DNA from: a virus
Taxonomy: Duplodnaviria > Caudoviricetes
Strand: one strand, 5' to 3'
Length of the DNA stretch: 64,000 bases
Virus record (IMG/VR): IMGVR_UViG_3300028549_000365
Span: 64,001-128,000 of that record
Below, piece after piece: positions 41,160 through 52,413 of this stretch (its first letter is position 1; every line of letters begins with the position of its first letter). The position numbers were made by a program, and so were the translations under genes. Below the pieces are notes generated by a model. That model had not been told where the DNA came from. It worked only from the letters and a program-made list of their open reading frames with translations, and ran no database searches.

Positions 41160-43507
41160 TATCTATTAATATGTTGTGATGTTAAACTTTGTACTGAAAG
41201 CACAGGTCCTAACGCACCCTCAATTATGCTTCCACCCCGCATACCCCAACTTGCAGCAGAAGTAGCTTGATCGAAGTCCATCAACACTTTAGAAATTCTA
41301 AGTTTAGCTTTATGTATAGCGTATTTGCTAGTAAGCAAATCTCTTCCACCTAGTACACTTAGGTAATTACCTAATGGTGTATCATCCTCAGCTACTGGTG
41401 TGAATACATTACCTATTGTTTTAATCATCCTACTAAATGTATCACTACTTACAGGAGCAGTTATCAATGTACTAAAATCTGTTACTTGAAATGTTATATC
41501 CAACGCTAGTGGTCTTCTATTCTTATTGAATGCTAAATTAGATGTTCCTCTAGTAATAGAAACATCAGTTATCATACCTAATCTAATATTCTGTACACCT
41601 TTAGAGTATAGCGAACATAGAAAAGGTGATGTATATGAACTTTTACCTGTAGACAACGGTAATACACCTGCTAATATCATGCATAATGGTATATACATAT
41701 TTTGTAGTTGTGAAATAGTATTACCGTACGGAGATATAAGTTGCATACTATAACTAACACTAGGAAAAGACGCAGAAGAATCATCCCATTTTTTAGGAAT
41801 ATCTATAAACGCACCACCTGTCATCGTTTGTATAACAGAAGATAATCCAAATGAAACTGAGTCTAGAACACCAGCTACTATAGCTTTCGCACCCTGTAAC
41901 ATACTATCCATACCATTTACCATATTACCACCAGCTAAATCAAACTTTAAGTTTCTAGCTCTACTAGAAGCTTGTTTAATAGTATCTCCTGTATTTATAG
42001 TTCCTGTACTATTACTGAACGATTCAGAAACAGAACCTGTAAAGTCTACTCCGAATACTGCATAAGCACCACCCTGTCTAGCAGTAGCATCAACTGCTCC
42101 TAAGAAGTTAGTAGCCCACGATTCTTGTTCTTTACTAACTGTTTCTTTATACTTATGACTTTGTTTCATTTTCTGTGTAGTGGCTGCATCAGCCGCTTCT
42201 TGTTTATTCTGTTTATCTTTTGCTTTCTTAGCTTCCTCCGCAGCAGCTATCTCAGCTTCAGTGGGTTCTTTCTTCTCTTCAGTAGTACTAGACCGCATAG
42301 CTTCAGCTTCTTTTACTTTAGCTTCTTTTGTAGCTTCTTCCAGTTTATCATCTGGTGCACTTATTGGTTTAAGATGTTGTGCTAAATCTTTAAAATACGC
42401 TTCAAATGTAAAGTTATCGTTTATTTTGTTTTGTATAGATAAAGCTTTATCTACTATATCGCCTTCTTTTGTCAGAATATTCCATATCCCTTCTTGTTCA
42501 TATAACGCATTCTGTTTGGCTTTACGTATGTTCGCCACACGTTGAGCTCTTGTAGCTATTGCAAACATATCTATATAGTTGTTTTCAGATATCATACCGT
42601 CTGGTAAATAATCTCTTATATCGGACATTGCTTGTGTATCTAAATTTAATGTGTTACCTATTACAACATCACCATTATTTGGATTAGCCTTAAGTGCATC
42701 CAGCTCTTCCTTAGAAGTTGGTACGCCAAAGTTAGTACCACTAAAAACAGGACTTAGTAATCCTAATTCTGTGCCTAACTGTGTAACTAGCTGATTAACC
42801 GTAGACCAATATAAATGCATATGTGGTGCTAAATAATAATAGTTATATAGATTTGCATTTGTAAATAATGAAGCCATTAACTTAAATGCTGTTATACCTA
42901 TAGTTATCATAGGAAAAGCTATTAGCATACCTATATACCCAGCTGCTTGTCCAGCGTTGTAAAAGAAAGAACTTCTACCAGTATTAGCTAATATACTATC
43001 CGAGTAATCAATCGCTCTTAAAAAGAAATCTGTCATAGAGTTAAATCTAGGTAATCCAAACTCCATAAACACTGTCTGTTGGTTATCGTCAATAGCTTCA
43101 GAATAGTATCGACCCATACCCATTCTATTACCTAGTTTATTACCGCTAAGTGGTGCTATTGTTACATTGGCTGAGTCAGTAAATGATACTCCATTAGATC
43201 TACCTATTTTACTAACGGCTCTTATATCACAATATCTTGTAAACTGAGGTCTAGGGTTAATGTGTATATTACCGCCTAAAGCTGAATCTGTATACTTATA
43301 TGTAGCTGAAGAAGCATATCTATAATCAACTAGTGTCTCAGGTATATTTATATCTGGTACTATAAATCTTGATTGTACCCAGTCGTTATCTATTATACCT
43401 ATATCTGTATTTAACTTCTTACCTTCTTTACTTCTTGGTTTGAGTATTGTTTTAATATCAAACCCTTGCATAGCATTATAACTATGTACAGGTGTATCTG
43501 TTGCCAT
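41159..43507 (-). CDS. Virion structural, probably baseplate, protein (phiKZ gp174 position)
   Basis: RYYSEAIDDN...FGLPRFNS and LQNMYIPLCMILAG motifs; lies downstream of the head protease. Confidence 0.55.
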   Translation of the reverse strand: MATDTPVHSYNAMQGFDIKTILKPRSKEGKKLNTDIGIIDNDWVQSRFIVPDINIPETLVDYRYASSATYKYTDSALGGNIHINPRPQFTRYCDIRAVSKIGRSNGVSFTDSANVTIAPLSGNKLGNRMGMGRYYSEAIDDNQQTVFMEFGLPRFNSMTDFFLRAIDYSDSILANTGRSSFFYNAGQAAGYIGMLIAFPMITIGITAFKLMASLFTNANLYNYYYLAPHMHLYWSTVNQLVTQLGTELGLLSPVFSGTNFGVPTSKEELDALKANPNNGDVVIGNTLNLDTQAMSDIRDYLPDGMISENNYIDMFAIATRAQRVANIRKAKQNALYEQEGIWNILTKEGDIVDKALSIQNKINDNFTFEAYFKDLAQHLKPISAPDDKLEEATKEAKVKEAEAMRSSTTEEKKEPTEAEIAAAEEAKKAKDKQNKQEAADAATTQKMKQSHKYKETVSKEQESWATNFLGAVDATARQGGAYAVFGVDFTGSVSESFSNSTGTINTGDTIKQASSRARNLKFDLAGGNMVNGMDSMLQGAKAIVAGVLDSVSFGLSSVIQTMTGGAFIDIPKKWDDSSASFPSVSYSMQLISPYGNTISQLQNMYIPLCMILAGVLPLSTGKSSYTSPFLCSLYSKGVQNIRLGMITDVSITRGTSNLAFNKNRRPLALDITFQVTDFSTLITAPVSSDTFSRMIKTIGNVFTPVAEDDTPLGNYLSVLGGRDLLTSKYAIHKAKLRISKVLMDFDQATSAASWGMRGGSIIEGALGPVLSVQSLTSQHINR

Positions 43508-43533
43508 TTCTAATCCTTAAATATAAGTCATAT

Positions 43534-43561
43534 GATATGATAGGTTATAACCTATCATATC
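43534..43561. terminator. Perfect 28-bp palindrome at the end of the protease gene
   Basis: gatatgataggtta|taacctatcatatc. Confidence 0.6.
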
Positions 43562-44324
43562 ACCAAGACATAATTATACTAGTTGATCTATCACTAGTAA
43601 TTGCTTTTTGTATCATCTCTTTAGCAATACTTTTAATCTCAGCCGATTCTAAAGAACAATTAAAACATTCTTTAAGCTCTCCACCGCTTGCCATCATATC
43701 TTCTACACTTATAGAACATACATCTATACTTTCTATAGCTAGTTTCTTCCATTTTGAAGCAGTTGAAATACCTGGTTCTAATACCCAGTCCCAAGTAATT
43801 ATCTCTAATATTTTCTTAATAGTTATATTACCTTTTAAGGTATTAGCAGTAAAGCTTCTAATAGAGAACGCAGTATTTTCTTCTACATTATCTAATGATG
43901 CTTTTAACGCATCTCCGTGCGGTCCTGACGGTTTTACCCAACCTTCTATAAGAATGTAGTTACCTTGACCAGGAAGTCCAGAAGGATCGTTAGTCGGCGT
44001 TAAAATGACCTCTCTAATATGTGCACAAGTATTAGCAAGAACTATCTTCATATTTCTATTATAAAACTCTGCTTTACTCATTCCAGGTACATACTCAGGA
44101 TGACCTACTTCGCATTTTAAATACCCAGATTTAAGTCTTCTACTAAAAGATGAAGACTCGTTATTTATAAGATCATTTATACCTTCAGCTGTATAAAACT
44201 CACCAGCACTATTAAATACATTTATACCGCCAAGATTAACCTTATAATATCCATTTTCATCTTGTTCTAATTTTCTATTATCACCATTATCTTTTACAGT
44301 AGTGAATATGATTTTGTCAGCCAT
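43560..44324 (-). CDS. Prohead maturation protease (phiKZ gp175 / T4 gp21-like)
   Basis: EVGHP, CAHI (His), FSIRS (Ser), TWDWVLEPG (Asp) motifs. Confidence 0.85.
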   Translation of the reverse strand: MADKIIFTTVKDNGDNRKLEQDENGYYKVNLGGINVFNSAGEFYTAEGINDLINNESSSFSRRLKSGYLKCEVGHPEYVPGMSKAEFYNRNMKIVLANTCAHIREVILTPTNDPSGLPGQGNYILIEGWVKPSGPHGDALKASLDNVEENTAFSIRSFTANTLKGNITIKKILEIITWDWVLEPGISTASKWKKLAIESIDVCSISVEDMMASGGELKECFNCSLESAEIKSIAKEMIQKAITSDRSTSIIMSW

Positions 44325-44353
44325 GTGAATCCTTATTATGTTATTATCAATAA

Positions 44354-44385
44354 ATATAACTACAGTCCTAGGACTGTAGTTATAT
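44354..44385. terminator. Perfect 32-bp palindrome between co-directional genes
   Basis: atataactacagtcct|aggactgtagttatat. Confidence 0.6.
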
Positions 44386-44386
44386 C

Positions 44387-45112
44387 TTAAGCTCTTAATA
44401 AATCTGCTACTACTGTAGTTTGTGTTTCTTTAACTACGACAGCCGCGGTAACACCAGCACCATAATACCCACCAACTAGTTTTCCAGCGGTATTATCGTA
44501 CGAATAGTAAATATTGTTTAATCCAACATATTCTGGTTTTGTATCTCCAGAATTATTCTTTAACGTATGTCTAAACTTAATATTCTTATCACCAGCCTTT
44601 CTACTAATAACACTAGCTAGTATCTCGTACGCTATAGGATTATCACCTATACCACTACCTGTATACTTACTAGATTCTATTAATAGATCTGATATGTCGT
44701 TGTAATCTATAAACCAAGGAATTTTACCTTTAATAAAAAACTCGTCAAATAGATTATAAAGAAAGTCTCCAGTTTTAAGCAAGCTAGTATTATTTGTAAA
44801 AGTTGAACCTTTATCAAATGTTAAGCATTTGTGTATAACATTATCTATTTCTATGTCTATAATATTACTTGGTGTTAGGTCTATAAATATAGGAGCTAAC
44901 GCCACGCAGTAATTATTTTTAGAATCTATAATAGCAAAGATATTTATAGTTCTGACTGTACTTCCCATAACAGCTAACTCTTGATTAATATATCGTTCTG
45001 GAAACACAACTCTAAAGTCGTCTAGGCAAAGCAACATTCCGTCTTTTTGTTTTATAAGCGTATCTACTATAGTAGAACTACGTTTAAACCTACTACTACT
45101 ATAAGTTTCCAT
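44387..45112 (-). CDS. Conserved hypothetical protein (phiKZ gp176 position)
   Basis: FIKGKIPWFIDY motif; synteny between the RNAP beta gene and the protease. Confidence 0.6.
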   Translation of the reverse strand: METYSSSRFKRSSTIVDTLIKQKDGMLLCLDDFRVVFPERYINQELAVMGSTVRTINIFAIIDSKNNYCVALAPIFIDLTPSNIIDIEIDNVIHKCLTFDKGSTFTNNTSLLKTGDFLYNLFDEFFIKGKIPWFIDYNDISDLLIESSKYTGSGIGDNPIAYEILASVISRKAGDKNIKFRHTLKNNSGDTKPEYVGLNNIYYSYDNTAGKLVGGYYGAGVTAAVVVKETQTTVVADLLRA

Positions 45113-45113
45113 A

Positions 45114-46415
45114 CTACGCCTCTAATACAGTAAACTGATCTGTTAAATAGTCTAATACCATATCTATAGTAGCCATTGTAGCTGCTTCTTCTGGTGTTAA
45201 CTTTGTATTAAGTTCAGAGTATCTCATCATGTATGTTGTAAACCTACCAAAATTACTATTTCCAAATACTATTTTACCTACAATCTCCATTGACATTTTT
45301 GAAATATTTAAAACTTCATCACCAGCTCTTCTATCTATTACTAAACGTAACATCTCAATACTGTTTCTAGGTAAACAAGTTAAATCATCGTGTAACTCTT
45401 CTGGTATATTATTTATAATATCAGTTAGTACCATATCATACGCTGCTTTGTATCTAGACACTTCTTGAGAAGCTCTTTTAAGTTGTTCTAACTTATTAGC
45501 GTGGTCCCAAATACCTGTATACTTTTCAGCACCACCTGAAATATCTGACATATCCATATAATCCTTAGCGTCACCAGATAGTAACAATCCTAATAGAACG
45601 TCCATAGTGTTATTAACTAAGAAAGTATCTAATAAATCACCATTTACTATCAATTCTTTTGGTCTAGCTTTTATAACTAATTTGTTAAGATCAGTAGAAG
45701 ATTTAAAGTTTTCTATAACCGATAATAACGCATTAGAAATTTTAGAATATAGTAAGTCCATTACAGTTATGTATGTGCCTTCTGGAGCACTAACACCATC
45801 TGGTCTATCTATTTTTATCTTTTGTACCATAGCAAACAAAACTATCAAGTCATCTAGTGTGTTATAGTCACCTAGAGTTATTCTATTGATATTATCGTTT
45901 GTACTAGATATGTTACCTAAATATTTAGCCCAAATATTTAGAAGCATTTCATCTGTATATTGTACCAAGATAGTTTTAAGCATAATATTCAGAACTTCGT
46001 TGTTAAACTGTATAGCGTCTTTAATAACACCTTTTGGTTCAGGTATAACTAGTACAGCTGAAGGTAGTTCTATTTGTCTAGCTACATTAGGTAATAACCC
46101 ATTATCTTTAAGATATTGTAGTATCTCTGGTATTTTTCTTTCTGTTATTTTATATTCTAATAACGAATTAGGTAATGGTGAATCACTTAACACTTTTTCT
46201 GTTTTAGATATAAAAGTTTTAGCCACAGGTATCATAAGATTTCTTATTTTACCTATTTCATTTTTAACCATACCAGCTATCATTACTGATACATCACTTA
46301 AGTTAGAAGAACTAGGGTTAATCTCTAAAGCAGAGTATACACTGTTGTGTTTGAATTCTATAAGTTTGTTTCTGTTAGCCAAAGCTTCTGCTATTAGTTT
46401 TATTACATTATCCAT
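45114..46415 (-). CDS. Conserved hypothetical protein (phiKZ gp177 position)
   Basis: 433-aa ORF; synteny. Confidence 0.6.
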   Translation of the reverse strand: MDNVIKLIAEALANRNKLIEFKHNSVYSALEINPSSSNLSDVSVMIAGMVKNEIGKIRNLMIPVAKTFISKTEKVLSDSPLPNSLLEYKITERKIPEILQYLKDNGLLPNVARQIELPSAVLVIPEPKGVIKDAIQFNNEVLNIMLKTILVQYTDEMLLNIWAKYLGNISSTNDNINRITLGDYNTLDDLIVLFAMVQKIKIDRPDGVSAPEGTYITVMDLLYSKISNALLSVIENFKSSTDLNKLVIKARPKELIVNGDLLDTFLVNNTMDVLLGLLLSGDAKDYMDMSDISGGAEKYTGIWDHANKLEQLKRASQEVSRYKAAYDMVLTDIINNIPEELHDDLTCLPRNSIEMLRLVIDRRAGDEVLNISKMSMEIVGKIVFGNSNFGRFTTYMMRYSELNTKLTPEEAATMATIDMVLDYLTDQFTVLEA

Positions 46416-46416
46416 A

Positions 46417-46635
46417 TTACACCCCTAGTCTATTTCTTAGTTTATTTGTAACTAGTTCGTTAACACTTGTATTAAACTCTTCCAGTTCACCTGCAGTGGT
46501 AGGTTTCTTTAATAACCCTTCAGTTTCTGAAGATATTATATTATCCATAACACTCTTAGCTAATGTAACAACACTAGCTAGTCTACTTTCATTTACACTT
46601 ATACGTGTACTTAAATCAATATATTTATTCATCAT
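46417..46635 (-). CDS. Small hypothetical protein
   Basis: AAGGA RBS; fills the operon gap. Confidence 0.6.
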   Translation of the reverse strand: MMNKYIDLSTRISVNESRLASVVTLAKSVMDNIISSETEGLLKKPTTAGELEEFNTSVNELVTNKLRNRLGV

Positions 46636-46679
46636 TTTCCTTTATAATGTTAGTTCAACTAATATCGAGTGTACCCGAG

Positions 46680-49600
46680 TTAGCTGAAATATAGTTCAAT
46701 AGCTTTGTCTTTTAACTTATCTAAACACATACTTGTTGTGCCTATTAGTTCTGGGCTATTAACTATCCTTGCGGCAAGTGATCTTTGTGAGAAAACAGCT
46801 TCAACTTCTGTATTATCTTTAGTCTTAATATCGTAGTTGTACACTTCACCTACTGTAAACTTAATTTGATTACCGAAAATTGCTTTATCACCTATTCCCA
46901 TACCAACACCAGTTTGAATATACACTTTAACTTCTATCTTACCTTCTAATAAAGATTTACCTTCTATAGAATAACTTCCGTTAACTTTACCTGTAAACCC
47001 TGTATCTTCTACAGATTTTTTATCATACATGTTTACTAACTTTTTAACAGATTTAGACATATCTTCTAATTCACAGTTATACTTAATAAGAACTTTAGAT
47101 ACAGTACCATTAACTTTAGACTTAGGAGAAATAGATTTAATAGTGTTTAATATTTCTCTTGCTCTTTCGTCTAGTTCTTCCATATCACCATTTATTTTAT
47201 CTATATTATTAAATAGTATAGATGCGTATGTAACTTCATCGCCTACGTTAACTAAGTTTAATAAGTTATCATCACAGTTTAGAACAAACGATTTAACCTT
47301 AGTAACAACTGTTCCTAATCTATCTGAAAGTTTCTCAGATATAGCACCTGAATCCTCATAGGTCTGACTATCTTCCATTAAGGCTACATTTAAGTATGTA
47401 CCCATTTTATAAACCACTCTTTTTCTATTAAACACATCTGGTTCGAAGAACAATATATCATAAGCTATAGTATCGTCTTTAGTAAACTTTTCACCTTTAC
47501 TAAGATTAGCTACTAGTGTATGTGTATAAGCAGAACCAGCTTCTTCTTTAGTTGTCCAGCTTACTAATTTGATTTCTTCTTTAACCCCTGACTTATATTT
47601 AACAGTTATAGAGTTATCTTGCACATTCTCTACTACGCCATCTTCTTTTGCAGTTCTAACAAATTTCTTATCTACTCTTAGAGGTAATACTGATTCATAT
47701 CCAGTTCGTACATAAGGTACTCTCATTTCATTTATCGGGATTACATGTGAATTCATAATAGATGTAAAGTTAAGTCTTTTAACATCATCTGTTATACTAA
47801 ATGGAGCTAACATAGCTGATGTAGACACTAATGAACTCCATCCATCTTTCTCTACATCAACATCACCAGTTATACCTCTTGTTGAAATTATCTTAGGGTT
47901 AGCTACCATATGTGCTGTTATACCAACACTACCTGCATCTTTAGATGATTCAGATATAACTCCTATTTCAGAACTATGCATACCTCTTGTAGTCCTAACC
48001 ATAGTTAACTCTGATCTACCTTGAGCTCCTAGATAAGTTGTATCTTCAGTTTGTTTTAAAGCAGCCATAGGGTTTAAATCATCTATTAAAACAGTTGTAC
48101 TATCTTCATTTATCTTACTTAACACAGCATACGGATTTACTTCTAACTTTGACTTACTAAAGTGAGATCTATTTTTATCTAGTTTCATGGCTGTGATTAT
48201 TTCTTTGTATATTAATCCAGCTATACGCTCATAACCTCTAATAGCCATACCTTGTATATCGTTAGGATGTACGTAGTTATCATCTAGTAACAGCTCAGAA
48301 CTTCTCACTAACAAGCTTTTAAATACCGTCGGTTCTTTCATAGTTATTAGAACTTGTTCACTAAGAGGGTCTACATACATATTTTCCATAAGTTTTATTT
48401 CATTAACATATAACATAGGTAATCCTAAAGCTGTGAACACAGCTGAGAACATACTTCTACTATTTAAAGACGTAGACGGTAATATTTTTAGCTCTTTATC
48501 TATAGATAAGAATCCAGAAATTATCATATCACCTAGATCGTAATCTCGTTCTATTACATATTTAACATCTTTGAACTTAATAGCATATCTACCTGTGTTT
48601 TCAAACCTAGCGTTAGGTTCTATCTTAGTATATTTAACATTTAATAAATTAAGTAGTTTATCTAAACCATAATAATAACTTAATATTAGACATACTGGAA
48701 TATACTCTTTAAATATTTTTATGTTAGAATACTCTATAGGTGCAGCGTATCTATCTATTCCTAATAATTCGTATATGTTAGGTAACTCTACTGATTTACC
48801 ATCTTTTGTTTCTATAAGTCTATTGTCATCGGTTATAACAATATAACCTGAACCATTAGTACCTATTAACGTACCTTTCTCTTCGACAGAGTCTAAATTA
48901 ATATTGTCCATTAAAGTTGCTCTTGTGTTATATTCGAAATAGAACCTGTATGATTTAAATTTGAATGTTTTAACATATCTTGAAATCATTTGATAGTCTA
49001 AAGGTAACACAACCCCTACATTATCTACAGATACTGTAACCAAGTCTTTTACAACACCTTCTATATTAAGTTTAGTCAATTGTTTTTGGAACCAGAAACC
49101 AGCGTCATCTTTTTTATATGCTGCTTTAGTAACAAATAACTTACCATAATATGTAGATAACGCAACTTCAGTGCTAGCTATCTTTCTAATAGGTAAATCT
49201 CCTCTTTGATAACGCATAATATATTTATTACCACTGATAGCCATAACACCATCATCGTCAATAACAGGTACTTTTATTCGTATAGTAGATTTAGACCCGT
49301 TTATATTGTTTAAAGATATTTTATGTGTGTCTATTCCACCTAATATAGATTCCTCTCTAATAATCTCATGTTCTTCTATTATAAATGATTCATTTTGCAT
49401 AGCGTATATAACATTTACTATATCTTTATTAAATGTTTCTTTTAAATACTTTCCTCTAACTATACTAGTTGTATCAGCATTCATAGACTTATCTAATACA
49501 ACTATATTATCAGTTAGCTTTGTTTCTTCTGTTGTTATATCTTGTTCTTCTTTCTTATAAACTCTTAACTCAGCAAGTGATCTAGTGTCACCAATAAACG

Positions 49601-50825
49601 GAGATTTTCTAGACTTCTGTTTTTCTATCTTTTCTTTATAGCTATTGAGTTGTACTTTAGATATAAACTTATTGTTATGTAGATGTTCTACTTCAGCAGA
49701 TAATTTATCTGTATCAGTTAGGTCTGTATTAAAAACAATGTCAGGAACAACTGTTTCTAAAACAGTTTCTTCTGACTCATCTACTTCTTCATCTATAACC
49801 TCAGAATCATATACACTTAACATATCTTCTATAACTAATGTTTCATCTTCTTCGTCTGATTCTATAGCAGTAACTATACCATCTAGTGTAACAGTGTCTA
49901 TTATTGTAGATTTATCTATCTCTTCTAGTGTAGCAGGTTGTTTAGCAATAACCATATTAAAGAACAAAACTAATATTTTGAAAACAGTATCGCTTTTATA
50001 TGTTTTTAAATTAGTTTTTATTCCGTTAACATCTAATAAACTAGCTATCTGATTAAGGTTTACTGCTGTAACATTATTATTATATGTAAATAGTAATGTT
50101 ACACGTTCATAATTATTTTTCTCTATGTTAGCTTTTAATATACTTTTATCCATGTACTCTTCGTGCATAAATCTTAGTATTTCTATTAGGTTAAAGTATT
50201 TATAGTTAATAAGTGTTTCTAAATGTATTCTAGTTGTTTCACCCATATACCTATGTAACATTTGTCTAGTAGGTATTTTACTAGGTAAATCAATAGTTAT
50301 AAATACATTTCTAGGAGATGTGTTAACCATATCATTAGTTCTATGTATGGCAGAGTGCATAAGATTTTGCCATTTATAATATAAATTCATAGGGTTAGTA
50401 GTGTAAGTGTACATACTATTTAAACTACCATAATTAAAAACTAATAGTGTACTACTACCCACAGTTAAATTTTTATTCTCTCTAGTTAAGAAGTTATATT
50501 GTTTCTCATTCTTTTTTAATTTAGAAAGTATATCAGCTAGTCTGTTATTATTCTTTCTACATGTTCCTACAGTGTGTATATCACCATATTCATCAGCAGT
50601 CACAACCATAGGTTTTTTAGTTGTGACTAAATAACTTATTTTACTATCTATATATTCTACTACGTCAGATACTTTAGGCCATATCAATATGCTCTTTTCA
50701 GGAAACGCAAATATGTCACCTTTTATAACCCTTGGGTTTATTAGATGCGAAACTTTATAATTGCTTACATCTTTAAAAAACTTGTCGTATCTTAACATGT
50801 ATACTCCTTTTGTTAGATTAATCAA
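46680..50825 (-). CDS. Virion RNA polymerase beta subunit, main part (phiKZ gp178-like)
   Basis: ISGNKYIMRYQRGDLPIRK, TRGMHSSEIGVISESSKDAGSVG, NFTSIMNSH, GDKAIFGNQIKFTV correspond to RpoB conserved regions. Confidence 0.9.
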   Translation of the reverse strand: MINLTKGVYMLRYDKFFKDVSNYKVSHLINPRVIKGDIFAFPEKSILIWPKVSDVVEYIDSKISYLVTTKKPMVVTADEYGDIHTVGTCRKNNNRLADILSKLKKNEKQYNFLTRENKNLTVGSSTLLVFNYGSLNSMYTYTTNPMNLYYKWQNLMHSAIHRTNDMVNTSPRNVFITIDLPSKIPTRQMLHRYMGETTRIHLETLINYKYFNLIEILRFMHEEYMDKSILKANIEKNNYERVTLLFTYNNNVTAVNLNQIASLLDVNGIKTNLKTYKSDTVFKILVLFFNMVIAKQPATLEEIDKSTIIDTVTLDGIVTAIESDEEDETLVIEDMLSVYDSEVIDEEVDESEETVLETVVPDIVFNTDLTDTDKLSAEVEHLHNNKFISKVQLNSYKEKIEKQKSRKSPFIGDTRSLAELRVYKKEEQDITTEETKLTDNIVVLDKSMNADTTSIVRGKYLKETFNKDIVNVIYAMQNESFIIEEHEIIREESILGGIDTHKISLNNINGSKSTIRIKVPVIDDDGVMAISGNKYIMRYQRGDLPIRKIASTEVALSTYYGKLFVTKAAYKKDDAGFWFQKQLTKLNIEGVVKDLVTVSVDNVGVVLPLDYQMISRYVKTFKFKSYRFYFEYNTRATLMDNINLDSVEEKGTLIGTNGSGYIVITDDNRLIETKDGKSVELPNIYELLGIDRYAAPIEYSNIKIFKEYIPVCLILSYYYGLDKLLNLLNVKYTKIEPNARFENTGRYAIKFKDVKYVIERDYDLGDMIISGFLSIDKELKILPSTSLNSRSMFSAVFTALGLPMLYVNEIKLMENMYVDPLSEQVLITMKEPTVFKSLLVRSSELLLDDNYVHPNDIQGMAIRGYERIAGLIYKEIITAMKLDKNRSHFSKSKLEVNPYAVLSKINEDSTTVLIDDLNPMAALKQTEDTTYLGAQGRSELTMVRTTRGMHSSEIGVISESSKDAGSVGITAHMVANPKIISTRGITGDVDVEKDGWSSLVSTSAMLAPFSITDDVKRLNFTSIMNSHVIPINEMRVPYVRTGYESVLPLRVDKKFVRTAKEDGVVENVQDNSITVKYKSGVKEEIKLVSWTTKEEAGSAYTHTLVANLSKGEKFTKDDTIAYDILFFEPDVFNRKRVVYKMGTYLNVALMEDSQTYEDSGAISEKLSDRLGTVVTKVKSFVLNCDDNLLNLVNVGDEVTYASILFNNIDKINGDMEELDERAREILNTIKSISPKSKVNGTVSKVLIKYNCELEDMSKSVKKLVNMYDKKSVEDTGFTGKVNGSYSIEGKSLLEGKIEVKVYIQTGVGMGIGDKAIFGNQIKFTVGEVYNYDIKTKDNTEVEAVFSQRSLAARIVNSPELIGTTSMCLDKLKDKAIELYFS

Positions 50826-50862
50826 ACAATCTCATTTATTTGAAAATTAAGCACAAGGAGCT

Positions 50863-51255
50863 GTGATGGAATCAATAGTGATGGCGACAGCTACTGCGGA
50901 GTTATTAAACCAATTATCTGGAATTATAATATCAGCAGTAGCTTCAGTAGTGGGGTATTATTTAAAGAAATTCATGGAGACTAATAGACTAGTTAAAGAA
51001 TATAATTTATATAATGAGAAAGTTGAAAGAACTTTAGATAACGCTATAATGTATGCGGAAACAAAGTTTAGACACCAAGTTGGAAATGAGATTTCTAAAA
51101 GACAGTTTGCGATAAGTTATCTAGATATGATTGACCCTGAGATAATAGCTACTAACGGAGGTAAGCTAGAACTTATGTTAGATAGAAAAGTAGAACAAGT
51201 ACTTAAAAAGAAAACACCAGTTAAAAGAAAAACTAAGCCTATAGAGAACAACTAA
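50863..51255 (+). CDS. Possible holin (LL-H-like, single N-terminal TM segment)
   Basis: IIISAVASVVGYYLKK then AIMYAE...KRQFAISYL and a basic C-terminus. Confidence 0.45.
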   Translation: MMESIVMATATAELLNQLSGIIISAVASVVGYYLKKFMETNRLVKEYNLYNEKVERTLDNAIMYAETKFRHQVGNEISKRQFAISYLDMIDPEIIATNGGKLELMLDRKVEQVLKKKTPVKRKTKPIENN

Positions 51256-51270
51256 TGTTGTTCTCTATAG
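51239..51270. terminator. Hairpin at a convergent junction
   Basis: ctatagagaacaac-taat-gttgttctctatag, 14-bp stem. Confidence 0.7.
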
Positions 51271-51542
51271 CTAATTAATTTCTCTACTTGATAATCTGGT
51301 TTATTCTCTATCCAATTATATGTCTTATGATCTTGATTATACACACCTATCAGATCAACTGGTAGAATTCCTTCTTCCATAAACTGTTTAGCCAATATAC
51401 CTAATACTACATTTATATGCGTTGTGTTATTTTGTAACCCTGTATTAAACATACGTGGTACTAATGCGTCTACATATAATAATTCACCTGTTGCAATATC
51501 TACTGATATTAGAGTTACTTTATCTATAATATTACCAAACAT
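51252..51542 (-). CDS. Hypothetical protein
   Basis: GAGGA RBS; 96 aa. Confidence 0.65.
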   Translation of the reverse strand: MFGNIIDKVTLISVDIATGELLYVDALVPRMFNTGLQNNTTHINVVLGILAKQFMEEGILPVDLIGVYNQDHKTYNWIENKPDYQVEKLISYREQH

Positions 51543-51555
51543 TAGTATTTCCTCA

Positions 51556-52350
51556 TTATAGTGTATTTGATATCATAGACGTAACTAATCTAGATGTAGC
51601 GTTACTGTTGTTTAAGAAAGCTACTTTCTTCCACACTGTGTTAAGTTGTGTTAGATACATTTCATTAGCATCTGAATAACTATCCACTATCTCTTTTATA
51701 GTACCTAACTCATGACCACCCCATATATAACCTTTGTCTAGTTTAACTATTAAGTTATTATAGATATAAGCTTTTACCGCTAAAATAACCAGTATACTAA
51801 AGGCTCCATAATTTCTAGGCGAGATATTCTCTAGGTTAGTACTATTCTCTAAAACACATCTAACGAATCCTGAATATAAAGGTAGTGATGGGTCTTGAAC
51901 CAGTATAGTGTTATCAGCTATAAGTTCTAATCTACTTGTACCTATAGATACCGCGTTACTTAAATTGTTCATAAGATTAACACCAGCTGACACTAGGTCT
52001 GAGCCACCTATACCTTGACCTAATGTACTCGGTACTTGAGCTGTATTAGCGATTAACGATAACACAGACATTATTGATTTATTATTAGTAGCTGTTTTAG
52101 GAACTTTAACCACAGTTTCACCTGTAGGTAAAACTGATATATTACACTTATCTAAAGATATAACAGTTTGTATACCACCTACTAAGTTAGTATCTACAAG
52201 CACTCTAGGCCTTAATACCTTAGACATAATCATCTCCTCTAATGACACTGAAGTATTTATCATATTAGATTTTTCCATAAACCCTATTCCTAAAATCTCC
52301 GGTGGTATACTATTTCCCACTTCACTAAGTGCTTTTGTTATAGCGTTCAT
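51556..52350 (-). CDS. Virion structural protein of phiKZ-like type
   Basis: MNAITKAL...IPPEIL...RPRVLVDTNLVGG motif remembered from phiKZ-like structural genes near sheath and tube. Confidence 0.55.
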   Translation of the reverse strand: MNAITKALSEVGNSIPPEILGIGFMEKSNMINTSVSLEEMIMSKVLRPRVLVDTNLVGGIQTVISLDKCNISVLPTGETVVKVPKTATNNKSIMSVLSLIANTAQVPSTLGQGIGGSDLVSAGVNLMNNLSNAVSIGTSRLELIADNTILVQDPSLPLYSGFVRCVLENSTNLENISPRNYGAFSILVILAVKAYIYNNLIVKLDKGYIWGGHELGTIKEIVDSYSDANEMYLTQLNTVWKKVAFLNNSNATSRLVTSMISNTL

Positions 52351-52413
52351 TATTACTCCTTATTTGCTTTTCAAATAACTTGTTAATAAATAGTGAATAG
52401 CATAAAATCTTAA